A stretch of DNA of 64,000 nucleotides from positions 31,636,628 through 31,700,627 of the forward strand of contig OZ037767.1 in NCBI GenBank assembly GCA_964035545.1, read 5' to 3'. This stretch comes from Bugula neritina (taxonomy: Eukaryota > Animalia > Bryozoa). Both the position numbers and the translations under genes were made by a program. Numbering within the stretch: position 1 is the stretch's first letter; each line of letters starts with the position of its first letter. The notes below the pieces were generated by a model, which saw only the letters and a program-made list of their open reading frames with translations, ran no database searches and was not told the origin of the DNA. Below, in pieces: positions 62,201 to 64,000 of the stretch.

Positions 62201-64000
62201 AGTAATACACGTGTAACTGTATAGTAATACACATGTAACTGTATAATAATACACATGTAACTGTATAATAATACACATGTAGCTGTATAGTAATACACAT
62301 GTAGCTGTATAGTGATACACACATATAGCTGTATAGTAATACACATGTAACTGTATAGTAATACACATGTAACTGTATAGTAACACACATGTAACTGTAT
62401 AGTAATACACATGTAACTGTATAGTAATACACGTGTAGCTGTATAGTAATACACATGTAACTGTATAGTAATACACATGTAACTGTATAGTAATACACAT
62501 GTAACTGTATAGTAATACACATGTAACTGTATAGTAATACACATGTAGCTGTATAGTAATACACATGTAACTGTATAGTACTACACATGTAACTGTATAG
62601 TAATACACATGTAACTGTATAGTAATACACATGTAGCTGTATAGTAACACACATGTAACTGTATAGTAATACACATGTAGCTGTATAGTAACACACATGT
62701 AACTGTATAGTAATACACGTGTAGCTGTATAGTAATACACATGTAACTGTATAGTAATACACATGTAACTGTATAGTAATACACATGTAACTGTATAGTA
62801 ACACATGTAGCTGTATAGTAACACACATGTAACTGTATAGTAATACACATGTAGCTGTATAGTAATACACGTGTAGCTGTATAGTAACACACATGTAACT
62901 GTATAGTAATACACATGTAGCTGTATAGTAATACACATGTAACTGTATAGTAATACACGTGTAGCTGTATAGTAATACACATGTAGCTGTATAGTGATAC
63001 ACATATAGCTGTATAGTAATACACATGTAACTGTATAGTAATACACACGTAACTGTATAGTAACACACGTAACTGTATAGTAATACACACGTAACTGTAT
63101 AGTAATACACATGTAACTGTATAGTAATACACATGTAACTGTATAGTAATACACATGTAACTGTATAGTAATACACGTGTAACTGTATAGTAATACACAT
63201 GTAACTGTATAGTAATACACATGTAACTGTATAGTAACACACATGTAGCTGTGTACCTGGGGAATAAGGTGATACTCGGGGCTGGGGGCCGGCTCCGCAG
63301 AGATGTACACTCTGTAACCGTCGTGAGCCGTGAGGCTATGCTCCTCTAACTTCCTCTCGAGCATGCTCAGCCACTTGGCGACGAGGTGCACGTTTTGCAG
63401 TACGACCCAGTGACCATCCTTGGCGGCTAAATCCATTGCCTGCTCAGCCACTATCTCCTGACCTTGACCTAAGGAAATGTTGTGGAAGTTCTTCTTGTCC
63501 AGAGTAAAGCCGAGTTTCTTTCCCAGAGCTTCAACGTCCTTGAGAGGGTCAACACCGGGAGAGAGGATGAAGAAGACGGGAGTTCCTGGACCCGTTTCCT
63601 CATACGACTTGGCAAACTCGATGGATCTGCCTGTATGTATATATAGTACATGCTATATGCTATACTGTATACTGTATATAGTACATGCTATATGCTATAT
63701 ACATACACTGTATACTGTATATAGTACATACACTATAGACCTACACTTTAGACATACACTATATACGTACACGTAAGTACAGTGACTTACCCTCAACGTA
63801 TTTACTGCCCAGCATCTCTGACACAAAGTCCACCATGGCGTAGGACATACGATCTGGTCTCAAAGCCCTCATCATACACAACTTCTGCAGAGAGCTCTTG
63901 TTCTTCCACTCCTGGGGGAACTTCTCTTTCTCTGGACACTCAGACTCAACAAACTTCTTCCATCTCTTAGCGGAGCCCTCGATGTCGCGGTCTAAGTTCC
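59289..64000 (-). CDS. DNAH9: Axonemal outer-arm beta-type dynein heavy chain (DNAH9/11/17 family), 3' part; exons >64000-63791, 63630-63257, 61904-61709, 61551-61346, 60602-60354, 60212-60030, 59906-59289
   Basis: [124 protein letters not shown] and [37 protein letters not shown]. Co-orthology to vertebrate DNAH9/11/17 cannot be resolved by eye. Confidence 0.93.
60606..61345. repeat. 25-bp minisatellite filling a dynein intron (ataccacgtctgagtatatataaat)
   Basis: ~29 copies spanning intron 60603-61345. Confidence 0.95.
61563..61685. repeat. 17-bp minisatellite (actctagtagttaYagt) in a dynein intron
   Basis: Visible. Confidence 0.9.
61933..63254. repeat. ~22-bp minisatellite filling a 1.35-kb dynein intron (gtaactgtatagtaatacacat)
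   Basis: ~60 copies; it explains the ORFs 61877-63451, 61905-63242 etc. Confidence 0.95.

Noticed and set aside
61877-63451. 524-aa ORF appearing to fuse dynein with a Tyr/Cys-rich repeat domain
   Set aside because: Read-through from the dynein exon past the CAG|gtacac donor (63256) into a stop-free intronic minisatellite; the 1352-nt intron is not a multiple of 3.

Overview
AT-rich, intron-containing animal genomic DNA (probably a lophotrochozoan/spiralian invertebrate, judged from the four-disulfide mollusc-type insulin peptides; the species cannot be determined from sequence alone). Gene order: last two exons of a lambda-crystallin homolog (CRYL1, +, ends 657); a ~23 kb head-to-tail array of six insulin-like peptide (ILP) genes (+, 3531-26411; five intact, one frameshifted); calcyphosin-2 (CAPS2, -, 16 coding exons, 53506-30673); PHYHD1 (+, 9 exons, 55095-58709); and the 3' end of an outer-arm beta-type axonemal dynein heavy chain (-, runs in from the window edge, stop at 59289). 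The main finding is the ILP array. Every copy has the Aplysia/Lymnaea-type 8-Cys insulin core followed by a polybasic site and a ~45-aa conserved helical extension (YT..h..F....h..hA.SP.V.ALN.QK..N) that I do not recognise. Between two paralogs this extension is far more conserved than the insulin chains (33/34 aa identical, 7 synonymous changes). Most other long ORFs in the track are artefacts of the abundant micro/minisatellites, several of which fill introns edge to edge or duplicate splice junctions. All gene models were spliced by eye using GT-AG sites and phase consistency; gene names rest on recalled family similarity, not database searches.
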